Origin: a phage
Strand: one strand, 5' to 3'
Sequence record: NC_105619.1
Length of the DNA: 48,980 bases
The notes under the pieces were generated by a model, which saw nothing but the letters and a program-made list of their open reading frames with translations, did no database searches and was not told where the DNA came from. Of the stretch, positions 39,106 through 46,545 are shown in pieces (within the stretch, counting starts at the first letter, position 1; every line of letters starts with the position of its first letter). The translations under genes and the position numbers were made by a program.

Positions 39106-39792
39106 CGCGATAGCTTTAAAAAATCCCCTGGGCGACAGAGATCGTATCAGCTTAGTTTTGGCAGACTTGCCGCCTAGCTTGCTGTGCTGTGCAGAGTACC
39201 CGTCAGGTAGGCTTACAGGTTTTCTCTCGGGCATGACAAAATCGTCAGAGGTCCAAAGGCAAGTTTTCTTCGGGTAAGCATCGCGCGGCGCAATATACAT
39301 CGGGAACCAGGGGTGTGAGTCATTCTCAGGAAGATAGCCGCCATACTCCCAGGGATTGAAAGTGTGATTTGGTTTTCTCCACACAGACGACAGGACGCTT
39401 ACCGGATTCTCAATGATGTAAGTCACGCCAAGGCTATCGCCAATGTTCGCGGCAATCCGGGCGGTGGCGGCAGCCTTCTCCTGGAATAACGGATCGCGTT
39501 CACGCTTTCTTGCGAAGTGAGCGGCACCACTAACAGCCAGGTCAGTGCACGACGGGAAGGCCATAATGAAATCCGGCTTGCCATACACGCCAGCGATAGC
39601 ATCACGCTCAAACGCTGCGTCAATGAACACGTTCACATACTCAATGTTCGGATGCTCCACTCGGGCATTGTACTTTGCATAATCCCCGTGATCGGCTCCG
39701 TCAAAGTTGAAGCACATCACCTTGTTACCTTGCTTAGCCAGTTCATGACCTGCAAGGCCGGAACCGTCGAATAGCGACCAGATTAATTTCAT
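39088..39792 (-). CDS. SAM-dependent DNA methyltransferase-like protein (C5-cytosine MTase-like motifs, compact)
   Basis: Motif-I-like SLFDGSGLAG, Cys-containing FPSCTD (cf. PCQ), ENP (cf. ENV); only 234 aa, no obvious target-recognition domain. Confidence 0.4.
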   Translation of the reverse strand: MKLIWSLFDGSGLAGHELAKQGNKVMCFNFDGADHGDYAKYNARVEHPNIEYVNVFIDAAFERDAIAGVYGKPDFIMAFPSCTDLAVSGAAHFARKRERDPLFQEKAAATARIAANIGDSLGVTYIIENPVSVLSSVWRKPNHTFNPWEYGGYLPENDSHPWFPMYIAPRDAYPKKTCLWTSDDFVMPERKPVSLPDGYSAQHSKLGGKSAKTKLIRSLSPRGFFKAIADSTFC

Positions 39793-39824
39793 TGCAAATA
39801 TCCTCTGATTGGTTGATGAGATGA

Positions 39825-39869
39825 ATCATACCCGATCGGCAGGGCTGATGTGTTGCAAAAAATGCTATT
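39825..39869 (-). promoter_or_regulatory. early promoter module (minus strand)
   Basis: AATAGCATTTTTTGCAACAC + 22 nt (palindrome CCGATCGG) + TATGAT. Confidence 0.5.
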
Positions 39870-40053
39870 CCAATAGTTGCTCATTATTCCACCAGCAATG
39901 GAATATCTGGAATAATTGCGATCCCGATTGATCTCGAATGATGAAACGTGATTATTGCATGGTGTGCAACAGTTGGTTGATTTGTTGCTGAGATTGCAAT
40001 GATTGTGAGAGGGAGGATTTAGTGTTACCCGGTTCGCCTGGTAGTCATCCCCA

Positions 40054-40075
40054 TTTTTAGCAAAAAGTGCTATCG
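40054..40075 (-). repeat. orphan copy of the box (GATAGCACTTTTTGCTAAAAA) without recognisable -10 at +22
   Basis: Read on minus strand within second AT-rich control region. Confidence 0.4.
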
Positions 40076-40399
40076 ATTACACTTTAACTTGTCACGATTG
40101 TAATATTTGTCTAGAATCGCCATTGTGACAAAATTACGCACTGTGACACCTCACAATATACATATAGATATATGTATATATATAATATATATAGTGTTTT
40201 TTTTATTTATATATATAGATAATTATATTGTAATGGGTGTGTATAGTTGTCTTACATTGTCTAGCGTACTGTTGGCATATTTCTATCTGCATGTTTATAT
40301 ATACAGTACTTTTTTGAGGGTCGTATATTTCTATATGGACTCTAGACAGCTAGACAAATGTTACACGGCTTAAAATCGGCTTGCAGGCATTGACAACTC

Positions 40400-40445
40400 T
40401 ACGTCGCGCTGTAACAATGGCAATTGTTGACACGTTATGACGCCA
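40400..40445 (+). promoter_or_regulatory. tandem sigma70-like promoters with perfect TTGACA -35 boxes upstream of first rightward early gene
   Basis: cattTTGACAactctacgtcgcgctgTAACAAT and aattgTTGACAcgttatgacgcc.. Confidence 0.4.
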
Positions 40446-40476
40446 TTTACACGCAAATAGACAAAGAGGATATATT

Positions 40477-40992
40477 ATGAGCAATACCAATCAGGAATTA
40501 AAAATCACCGACATGATTCGCCTAACCTGCGATGCGATGTACCGCGACAAAGGCATGAGCGAGTTCTCTTTCGTGGCTGATGATATGGCCCTGGAAGGAG
40601 CGCGCTTCTACTTCCGCAACCAGGATGTAAGCGATAGCGATCTTGAGTCTGCCGCTGCCGGATGGGTGGACCAGAACCAGGGCGAGGTAGAGAAGAGATT
40701 CAAGTCTGCTTTCATCACTCCGATCATTACCAGGCACTTTTGCAAGTACGGAAAGGTTGCAAAGGTGAAAGTGGGCCGGAATGACGCCGCAATTACGATG
40801 ATAACCGTTATCGTTACAGACGAAGAGTTTCCGGTGAAGAAGCGCCGCAGCCGGAAGAAAGTTAGCCTGGCCGACTGCCTGGATTCGTTCACGCCTGATA
40901 TTGATGATCTCGAAAAAGGTGATGTGACTGTAAGCACAGTGCGCGACCTGGTTCGCCAGATGAAAGCGCATATTGAGAAATGCGGACTGTAA
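40477..40992 (+). CDS. hypothetical early protein
   Basis: 171-aa ORF, RBS AAAGAGGA, first gene after control region. Confidence 0.5.
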   Translation: MSNTNQELKITDMIRLTCDAMYRDKGMSEFSFVADDMALEGARFYFRNQDVSDSDLESAAAGWVDQNQGEVEKRFKSAFITPIITRHFCKYGKVAKVKVGRNDAAITMITVIVTDEEFPVKKRRSRKKVSLADCLDSFTPDIDDLEKGDVTVSTVRDLVRQMKAHIEKCGL

Positions 40993-41004
40993 GGAGGGAT
41001 GGCT

Positions 41005-41265
41005 ATGAGCAAGATTAAGCATGACGCCCTGAAAGGTATTTTGATGCGACTGGAGCCAGGCGAGGCATTCCAGCTTAACCCCGAAACGTTCGGATTCGAA
41101 GGTTTCTATCGGCAAGGGTTGCAGATGAGTTCTCCAGCCGATGAGTTTGTCCGATATGTGCGAAAGCAGTTCGGCGTCGAAATGATTAGCCTGGGCAAAG
41201 TGCAAGGCATCCAGCTATTCATTTTCAAGCCAAATAAGATTCGTTGCTTCACTCTGATGAAATAG
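41005..41265 (+). CDS. hypothetical protein
   Basis: RBS AAGGAGGG; start at second ATG. Confidence 0.45.
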   Translation: MSKIKHDALKGILMRLEPGEAFQLNPETFGFEGFYRQGLQMSSPADEFVRYVRKQFGVEMISLGKVQGIQLFIFKPNKIRCFTLMK

Positions 41266-41305
41266 CACTTTTTGTTAAAACCGGATCGGGGTATCTTGAT
41301 ATAGT
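41261..41305 (+). promoter_or_regulatory. early promoter module
   Basis: AATAGCACTTTTTGTTAAAAC + 22 nt + TATAGT (TGa extended); arms GGGGTA/TACCCC flank -10. Confidence 0.55.
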
Positions 41306-41343
41306 TACCCCATCGAAACGAGATACCAATCAGAGGAATCACC

Positions 41344-41577
41344 ATGTCAATCGTCAAGAACCAGCAAGCTATCGATGCAACCCGCAATAAGAACCTTTGG
41401 GCTATATTCATTACGCGCGCAGGGCAACGCTACGCAGTGCGATCAGGTAACTGCATGGATAAGACCTATCGTGAAACTAACGGCAAATGGGAACGCTGCG
41501 AAAACTTGGCAAACTTCCTGGTCTGGAACGCAGACCTTCAGGGGTTTGATGATATCAGTACTTTAATTGAGGAATGA
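41344..41577 (+). CDS. hypothetical protein
   Basis: RBS context ACCAATCAGAGGAAT. Confidence 0.45.
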   Translation: MSIVKNQQAIDATRNKNLWAIFITRAGQRYAVRSGNCMDKTYRETNGKWERCENLANFLVWNADLQGFDDISTLIEE

Positions 41578-41810
41578 TAATTATGCCACGTTACAATAAA
41601 CAGACAAAACTAACCCGCGTTAACGGGTACATGATTCCGGCAAAATCCACTCACTACGCAATGGGTGCAAAGCACGGAATCTATTTCAAATGGAGAGGTC
41701 AATGGAACTTCGCGGCGATTGGAAACTTCTACATACGAATCACGGGAGAAAACTCGCAAGCGATCGTAGAGCAGTCAATCGGCGACAACAAGATCGAGGT
41801 ACTGAAATGA
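41574..41810 (+). CDS. hypothetical protein
   Basis: Overlapping start. Confidence 0.4.
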   Translation: MIIMPRYNKQTKLTRVNGYMIPAKSTHYAMGAKHGIYFKWRGQWNFAAIGNFYIRITGENSQAIVEQSIGDNKIEVLK

Positions 41811-41917
41811 ACTTCAATACAATAGCGTTATGGTCTGCCGCCTGGTTCTTCTGTATGGGTCACGTCATGGTTGGAGTCGTGGTTATGCTGCTACTGTGTG
41901 CGGGAGCGTTCGAATGA
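41807..41917 (+). CDS. hypothetical small membrane protein (36 aa)
   Basis: ATGA overlap with upstream stop; hydrophobic ..LWSAAWFFCMGHVMVGVVVMLLLCAGAF. Confidence 0.3.
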   Translation: MNFNTIALWSAAWFFCMGHVMVGVVVMLLLCAGAFE

Positions 41918-42087
41918 TTCGAATTCTGATTTGCATGATGGCGGCGGTCGCCCTGGCTATTCTGATAGTGTCAGGTTGCGGAGAGGCCAAAGAGCGATGC
42001 CACAAAACCGGGAACCAGGTTACTACGTTCGTGATGGTCGGCAACGTATTGCTACCAATCACATCAAATGAGATCACTTGCGAATAG
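41914..42087 (+). CDS. hypothetical small lipoprotein (57 aa)
   Basis: ATGA overlap; signal-like MIRILICMMAAVALAILIVSGC with lipobox VSGC. Confidence 0.35.
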   Translation: MIRILICMMAAVALAILIVSGCGEAKERCHKTGNQVTTFVMVGNVLLPITSNEITCE

Positions 42088-42096
42088 GATTTAAAA

Positions 42097-42288
42097 ATGG
42101 CTGATTTTATGCACCAAATGATTGCAGTATTCAAAGGTAGCGAAGATGAGGAAGTAAAAGAGTGCTTTACTGTCAACAAGTCTTATAGCGCTTCGCTAAC
42201 CAGCTTCGGTAACGTATCATTGCTTGATGATAATGGCGATCCCTGGGTATTCGATGAAGATACGGATTGCTTCGAAATTAAAGAATAG
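42097..42288 (+). CDS. hypothetical small acidic protein
   Basis: 63 aa, Asp/Glu-rich. Confidence 0.4.
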   Translation: MADFMHQMIAVFKGSEDEEVKECFTVNKSYSASLTSFGNVSLLDDNGDPWVFDEDTDCFEIKE

Positions 42289-42328
42289 CACTTTTTGTTA
42301 AAACGCGATCATGTGGTTGCGATATAGT
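42284..42328 (+). promoter_or_regulatory. early promoter module
   Basis: AATAGCACTTTTTGTTAAAAC + 22 nt + TATAGT; arms ATGTGGTT/AACCACAT flank -10. Confidence 0.55.
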
Positions 42329-42359
42329 AACCACATCGACAACGAACGAGGACGAGAAC

Positions 42360-42629
42360 ATGAAAATTAAATTACTTTGCACTGGCGGTTACAAAGGATT
42401 TACCCGCGACCTGGAATCGGACCCTATCGTGGTTGATGCAGTGAATCGCGATGATCGACTGGGCGGCTACCGCGTCAAGATCGAAGATCTGGTAAAAGCT
42501 GGTGTGTACGATCTGGATTATGGTTTGTCTGTCGGCCCGGTATTTGGTGCTGATATTAAAGCTGGCGATGAAACGATGTTCTTCTTCGATTGGGAAGTAC
42601 AGGCCAATCCTAAGCCGCGCAAGGTTTGA
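42360..42629 (+). CDS. hypothetical protein
   Basis: 89-aa ORF, RBS GAGGA. Confidence 0.45.
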   Translation: MKIKLLCTGGYKGFTRDLESDPIVVDAVNRDDRLGGYRVKIEDLVKAGVYDLDYGLSVGPVFGADIKAGDETMFFFDWEVQANPKPRKV

Positions 42630-42653
42630 CTACTCAACAATGGCGGCTACCAT

Positions 42654-42845
42654 ATGCGCCCAGGGTATGAGAATCGCACGTTCCCGGTTATCGTTGACTT
42701 TGAAAGAATTACTAGCAACCTGGCATACGTTAACGATGAGCAGTTGCGAGCCGTTGGATTTGTCAGCGGGATGAATAAAGAAGCACTATGCTTCGTTCGC
42801 GAGGAAATGCACGGTTACTATTCTGAGTGTGAGTTAGTTTACTAA
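42654..42845 (+). CDS. hypothetical protein
   Basis: 63-aa ORF. Confidence 0.35.
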   Translation: MRPGYENRTFPVIVDFERITSNLAYVNDEQLRAVGFVSGMNKEALCFVREEMHGYYSECELVY

Positions 42846-42886
42846 GCACGAATTGTCAAATGGTGATTCGTCCTGACTGGTACAAT
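42843..42886 (+). promoter_or_regulatory. early promoter module (variant box)
   Basis: TAAGCACGAATTGTCAAA + 22 nt + TACAAT; arms GGTGATT/AATCACC. Confidence 0.45.
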
Positions 42887-42916
42887 CACCACATCAACCA
42901 CTAAGAGGAAATCATT

Positions 42917-43423
42917 ATGTTGAAATTAGAAGATGTCAAATTCCCGATCAAATTTATCAGCATTGGATGTGGTGAAATTACGTTCACCAGTGAAGATAAG
43001 GGAATATGGGCCACTGATGAGGTGTCGCAGCTTAAGCTGGAATGGTTTATCGCCAGACATAACGAAGTGAATAAAGAAAATTCACCAAATAAGGACTACC
43101 ACTACATTATGAGTGACAATCAGAATGCTTACAGCTTGTATGATAGTTGGAAGATTGAAGGCTCAATATTCAAAGCTGCAAAGCCAGAAATCAAGCCATC
43201 GCTACAGTGCACTCAGATCGAGAACATGCCATTGAGCGCGACGCTAAAGGGTGTCCAACTTGATAGCGAATCCTGGATCGATATTACCGCCACGCCTAAA
43301 GCTATTGAGGTACACGATGATGTGGTGATTATCCTGTTGCATTACGGCAGCTTTAAGCACAAGACTGTATCAGGTGAAATCAGCATTAAGCGCGGAACGC
43401 TTGTACGCTATGAGGTGAAATAA
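42917..43423 (+). CDS. hypothetical protein
   Basis: 168-aa ORF, RBS AAGAGGAAA. Confidence 0.5.
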   Translation: MLKLEDVKFPIKFISIGCGEITFTSEDKGIWATDEVSQLKLEWFIARHNEVNKENSPNKDYHYIMSDNQNAYSLYDSWKIEGSIFKAAKPEIKPSLQCTQIENMPLSATLKGVQLDSESWIDITATPKAIEVHDDVVIILLHYGSFKHKTVSGEISIKRGTLVRYEVK

Positions 43424-43572
43424 TGGCTGCATGGGTTTTGATTATCTTAATGAGTACATGGCCGGATCACGTATACATGGAAAGTCAGCAATCATGCGAC
43501 AAGGCTCGGGAGGTAATTGCAGAGAATAAGCCGTTCGGATATGAAGTAAAAACGATGTGCGTTAAACGATAG
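43423..43572 (+). CDS. hypothetical small protein (49 aa), TAATG-coupled
   Basis: ATG overlaps upstream TAA; hydrophobic N-terminus. Confidence 0.3.
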   Translation: MAAWVLIILMSTWPDHVYMESQQSCDKAREVIAENKPFGYEVKTMCVKR

Positions 43573-43612
43573 CACGAATTGCTAAACCTTCCGCAAGGCC
43601 ATTTGATATAGT
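43568..43612 (+). promoter_or_regulatory. early promoter module
   Basis: GATAGCACGAATTGCTAAACC + 22 nt + TATAGT; arms AAGGCCA/TGGCCTT. Confidence 0.55.
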
Positions 43613-43652
43613 GGCCTTATTGAAGCATGGCAACCAATCAGAGGAATCAGCT

Positions 43653-43952
43653 ATGAAAATCAGATTAACCAGTAGCTACTTTAACCGTGAATCTTTCAAT
43701 CAGTACATAATCACAGATGGAATGAATCCAGATATCGTCCTTGATGTATCTCACAACATTGGCGACGTAATGTTTGTATCAGCAACTGAGCTTGCAAAGT
43801 ACGCAAAGCCAGAACATCGTCACCTGGCAGATCCGCAATTAAGCGATGGAAAGGTTACGGATTACGCATTCACCAAAGGTGAGTATGAAATCGTGAGATC
43901 TGGACCTTTCAGGTTCTGGAATAAACTTAAATCAGGGGAGTTATTCAAATGA
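43653..43952 (+). CDS. hypothetical protein
   Basis: Start at internal ATG after AACCAATCAGAGGAAT. Confidence 0.45.
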   Translation: MKIRLTSSYFNRESFNQYIITDGMNPDIVLDVSHNIGDVMFVSATELAKYAKPEHRHLADPQLSDGKVTDYAFTKGEYEIVRSGPFRFWNKLKSGELFK

Positions 43953-44236
43953 GAAAAACTCATAAGTTAAAAATTGCCCCGGTCCATTTCATCGGTGTAA
44001 TGAACGGCACAAAAACGGCAGAGTTCCGCATTAATGACCGCAACTTCCAGCCTGGCGATATCCTGGAGCTATGCGAGTTCGATCGGGATGAGTTTACCGG
44101 GTGGGAGGTACATGCCAGGGTATCCGATGTTACAGACGTGACGCCATACATCAATCGCGGGTATGACGAGCAAGAATGCGACTTCACGCAATACGTGATG
44201 TTATCAATAAAACCTTACAGAAAGGTTAGACCATGA
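43949..44236 (+). CDS. DUF3850-like (ASCH/PUA-like fold) protein
   Basis: Pattern KTHKLKIAPVHFIGVMNGTKTAEFRINDRNFQPGDILELCE resembles DUF3850 consensus (recalled, not searched). Confidence 0.45.
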   Translation: MRKTHKLKIAPVHFIGVMNGTKTAEFRINDRNFQPGDILELCEFDRDEFTGWEVHARVSDVTDVTPYINRGYDEQECDFTQYVMLSIKPYRKVRP

Positions 44237-44871
44237 AATTTGAGTGCGTATCAAGTAGCGGATCTGGTTTCAAGTGGGGTAAGGTCTACGAAGGCGCTCG
44301 CGTCAATGACAATAGATTCGTCATCACGGATGAGCGCGGTAGAAATGTTAACGTTGTCCGGCGTCACGAATACCAGGAAATATTCCTTCCGTATGGCGGT
44401 AGCTCAAAATATATCTTCCATCGAATCGTGGATGGTGTTAAATTTAAAGACGTAATCGAAGCAATCAACCAACTGCATAATAAAGAGGTCAAATTTATGA
44501 AATTCGAATGTATCAGTGATAACACCAAAAAATTTACCGTTGGCAAAATCTACGACGTGCCTACTGAGCACGCAAAGCACACTGTAGCACTGACCGACGA
44601 CACGGGCCGCCACCGCATTGCAACCGTAACGCACAACGGTGAAGGTCTTCGCTGGAATAGCGGCGGCACTAAGTTCGCAACGTTCGGAAAGAAGCGCAAG
44701 CGTACTTTCTGCGTCAATGGCAAGGTTACAGCGAACAAGATCCACAACGTCAAGCCGTCAGAAGTTGACCGTAAGCCAGCGACGAAGTTTGAAGAGAAGG
44801 AAGATTTGTCTGGTCTGGCTATCGCTCTTGTTCTCCTTGTTGCTTCGATTTCGCTGCTGCTCATCATGTAA
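44233..44871 (+). CDS. hypothetical tail-anchored membrane protein with internal tandem repeat
   Basis: Two ~90-aa repeats each starting MKFEC(V/I)S..(K/T)..GK(V/I)Y; C-terminal TM ..LSGLAIALVLLVASISLLLIM. Confidence 0.5.
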   Translation: MKFECVSSSGSGFKWGKVYEGARVNDNRFVITDERGRNVNVVRRHEYQEIFLPYGGSSKYIFHRIVDGVKFKDVIEAINQLHNKEVKFMKFECISDNTKKFTVGKIYDVPTEHAKHTVALTDDTGRHRIATVTHNGEGLRWNSGGTKFATFGKKRKRTFCVNGKVTANKIHNVKPSEVDRKPATKFEEKEDLSGLAIALVLLVASISLLLIM

Positions 44872-44878
44872 TGCTAAT

Positions 44879-44912
44879 GGGGAATCGGCTCTGAACGGTT
44901 CCCCTTTCTTTT
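44879..44912 (+). terminator. putative terminator
   Basis: GGGGAA..TTCCCC arms followed by TTTCTTTT. Confidence 0.45.
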
Positions 44913-45019
44913 GGAGAAAACACTATGCCAGACTTTTCTAACTGGAATAACGAGCCGCCATCATTTCAGGAGTTGCTATTTTGCCTCCTGATCCTAACAT
45001 TATCTCTTAAGGGTGTTTT

Positions 45020-45238
45020 ATGGCTACTATCATGACAGCAGAAGATGCAGCACGCGACGCAGTGGAAGGGATGCGCCCAAATAGCTCCAGAATCGCCCAC
45101 TACTACAAATCTGATGTGTCGGCAGTGCAATTGGTCCATGAAATTTTAAGGCTCCCACAAGTCGATTCAGCGCGCGTGGTGACGTGCTTAAAAAATTATT
45201 TTTGCATCACTATTAAAACGAATAGCACGAATTGCTAA
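45020..45238 (+). CDS. hypothetical protein (uncertain)
   Basis: 72-aa ORF whose 3' end runs into the promoter box. Confidence 0.25.
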   Translation: MATIMTAEDAARDAVEGMRPNSSRIAHYYKSDVSAVQLVHEILRLPQVDSARVVTCLKNYFCITIKTNSTNC

Positions 45239-45265
45239 AACCTATCAAGGGGAATGCGCTATGAT
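45221..45265 (+). promoter_or_regulatory. early promoter module
   Basis: AATAGCACGAATTGCTAAAAC + 22 nt + TATGAT; arms GGGGAAT/ATTCCCC. Confidence 0.55.
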
Positions 45266-45355
45266 TCCCCTACACCAACAAACGAGGAATCACTAATGAA
45301 ACACTTAATTTGCATTGAAACGCCTAACGATGAATACACTCTTCACGGAATATGA

Positions 45356-45742
45356 ATGTTCAAAGGTCACTACATGACAGCAAGCATTCATGATTCGCGT
45401 CTATGCGATGGCGATCTGGTGATTACATCAAAAGAAGTAAATCCGTACATTATGCAGAATCTTGGCGATAACGAATATATGGCCTACGGCTGCAACGCGG
45501 TGTACAAGCATATCAAGATCCGCAAGCGTGTCGTGCGTGCATTCAAGAAGATTGCAATGAAATACTGGAAGATGAGCAAGAAGGACGCCGGACGCTGGGC
45601 GCGCAATGTTGCTGACTCGTACTTCTATCGTAACGGTGAGTCATGCTACTTCCTGATCGATGAAATTATGGAAAACTACGGCGGCGACTTCGGTCAGTGT
45701 AACTTTGACGATTGGGCTGACTATGAGATCAGTTGTTGGTGA
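45356..45742 (+). CDS. hypothetical protein
   Basis: 128-aa ORF preceded by 19-codon mini-ORF with RBS GAGGAA (ATGAATG junction). Confidence 0.45.
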   Translation: MFKGHYMTASIHDSRLCDGDLVITSKEVNPYIMQNLGDNEYMAYGCNAVYKHIKIRKRVVRAFKKIAMKYWKMSKKDAGRWARNVADSYFYRNGESCYFLIDEIMENYGGDFGQCNFDDWADYEISCW

Positions 45743-45785
45743 TAGCACGAATTGCTAAAACTTGCTCAAGGGCATTTGTTAGAAT
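45741..45785 (+). promoter_or_regulatory. early promoter module
   Basis: GATAGCACGAATTGCTAAAAC + 22 nt + TAGAAT (TGt extended); arms AAGGGCA/TGCCCTT. Confidence 0.55.
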
Positions 45786-45825
45786 GCCCTTCGTTGAGTT
45801 AAGCAACCAATCAGAGGAATAAATC

Positions 45826-46437
45826 ATGGATAAAATCACAATTTGGGGCCAGACAATCAACCTGTTTCTCGGTACTCGCCGCGTGGCAATCTTTGACTTC
45901 GACGGAACACTGAGTGACGGCTCAAAACGTCTTCACCTGCTACCGACGAAAGATTTGCACTTGACGGAAAGCTGGTCTGAGTTCAACCGCGCGGCAATAT
46001 TTGACAATCCTATACGTAGTACGATTGATGTGATGAACTCTATGTTTGCCGCTGGGTATCATGTGATTATTTTAACCGGGCGAAGCGATGAGGTGCGTTA
46101 CGCATCTGAGTTATGGCTTAAGCATCACGGCGCGCGATATGACTACTTAGTCATGAGGCCGCATACCGACAACCGGAAAGACACGGTAATGAAAGAAGAG
46201 GCGGTGCGCGCGATCGGCATTGATAACATTCTGGCAGCCTGGGATGACTCACCGAAAATTATTCCATTATTCCGATCGCTTGGAATAACCACGTATGCCG
46301 TAGTTGACTATGGCGATAACGTTCACGATCATTTAAAATCTCACGGGGTGGATGGGGTTTGCAATCATGAACCATCTGAGCCGCTACCGCCATTTGGCGA
46401 TAAAATATGCATTAAGTGCAAGGAGTTATTGAAGTGA
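45826..46437 (+). CDS. HAD-superfamily phosphatase (polynucleotide-kinase 3'-phosphatase-like)
   Basis: Motif I ..VAIFDFDGTL.. (DxDGT), motif II ..IILTGR.., later ..AWDDS.. Confidence 0.6.
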   Translation: MDKITIWGQTINLFLGTRRVAIFDFDGTLSDGSKRLHLLPTKDLHLTESWSEFNRAAIFDNPIRSTIDVMNSMFAAGYHVIILTGRSDEVRYASELWLKHHGARYDYLVMRPHTDNRKDTVMKEEAVRAIGIDNILAAWDDSPKIIPLFRSLGITTYAVVDYGDNVHDHLKSHGVDGVCNHEPSEPLPPFGDKICIKCKELLK

Positions 46438-46545
46438 ACCTGTACGAATTTATTGCAGCACATCCGGTATTGACGGTTATCATCCTGTTAATCATCAATC
46501 ACACTATCATCAATGTGGCAAAATTATTTTTAGGGAGATACTAAC

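Noticed and set aside
40107-40373. 88-aa track ORF inside the second AT-rich region
   Set aside because: Translation is low-complexity Ile/Tyr/Phe-rich, derived from an alternating TA tract; no RBS; looks like regulatory DNA rather than a gene.
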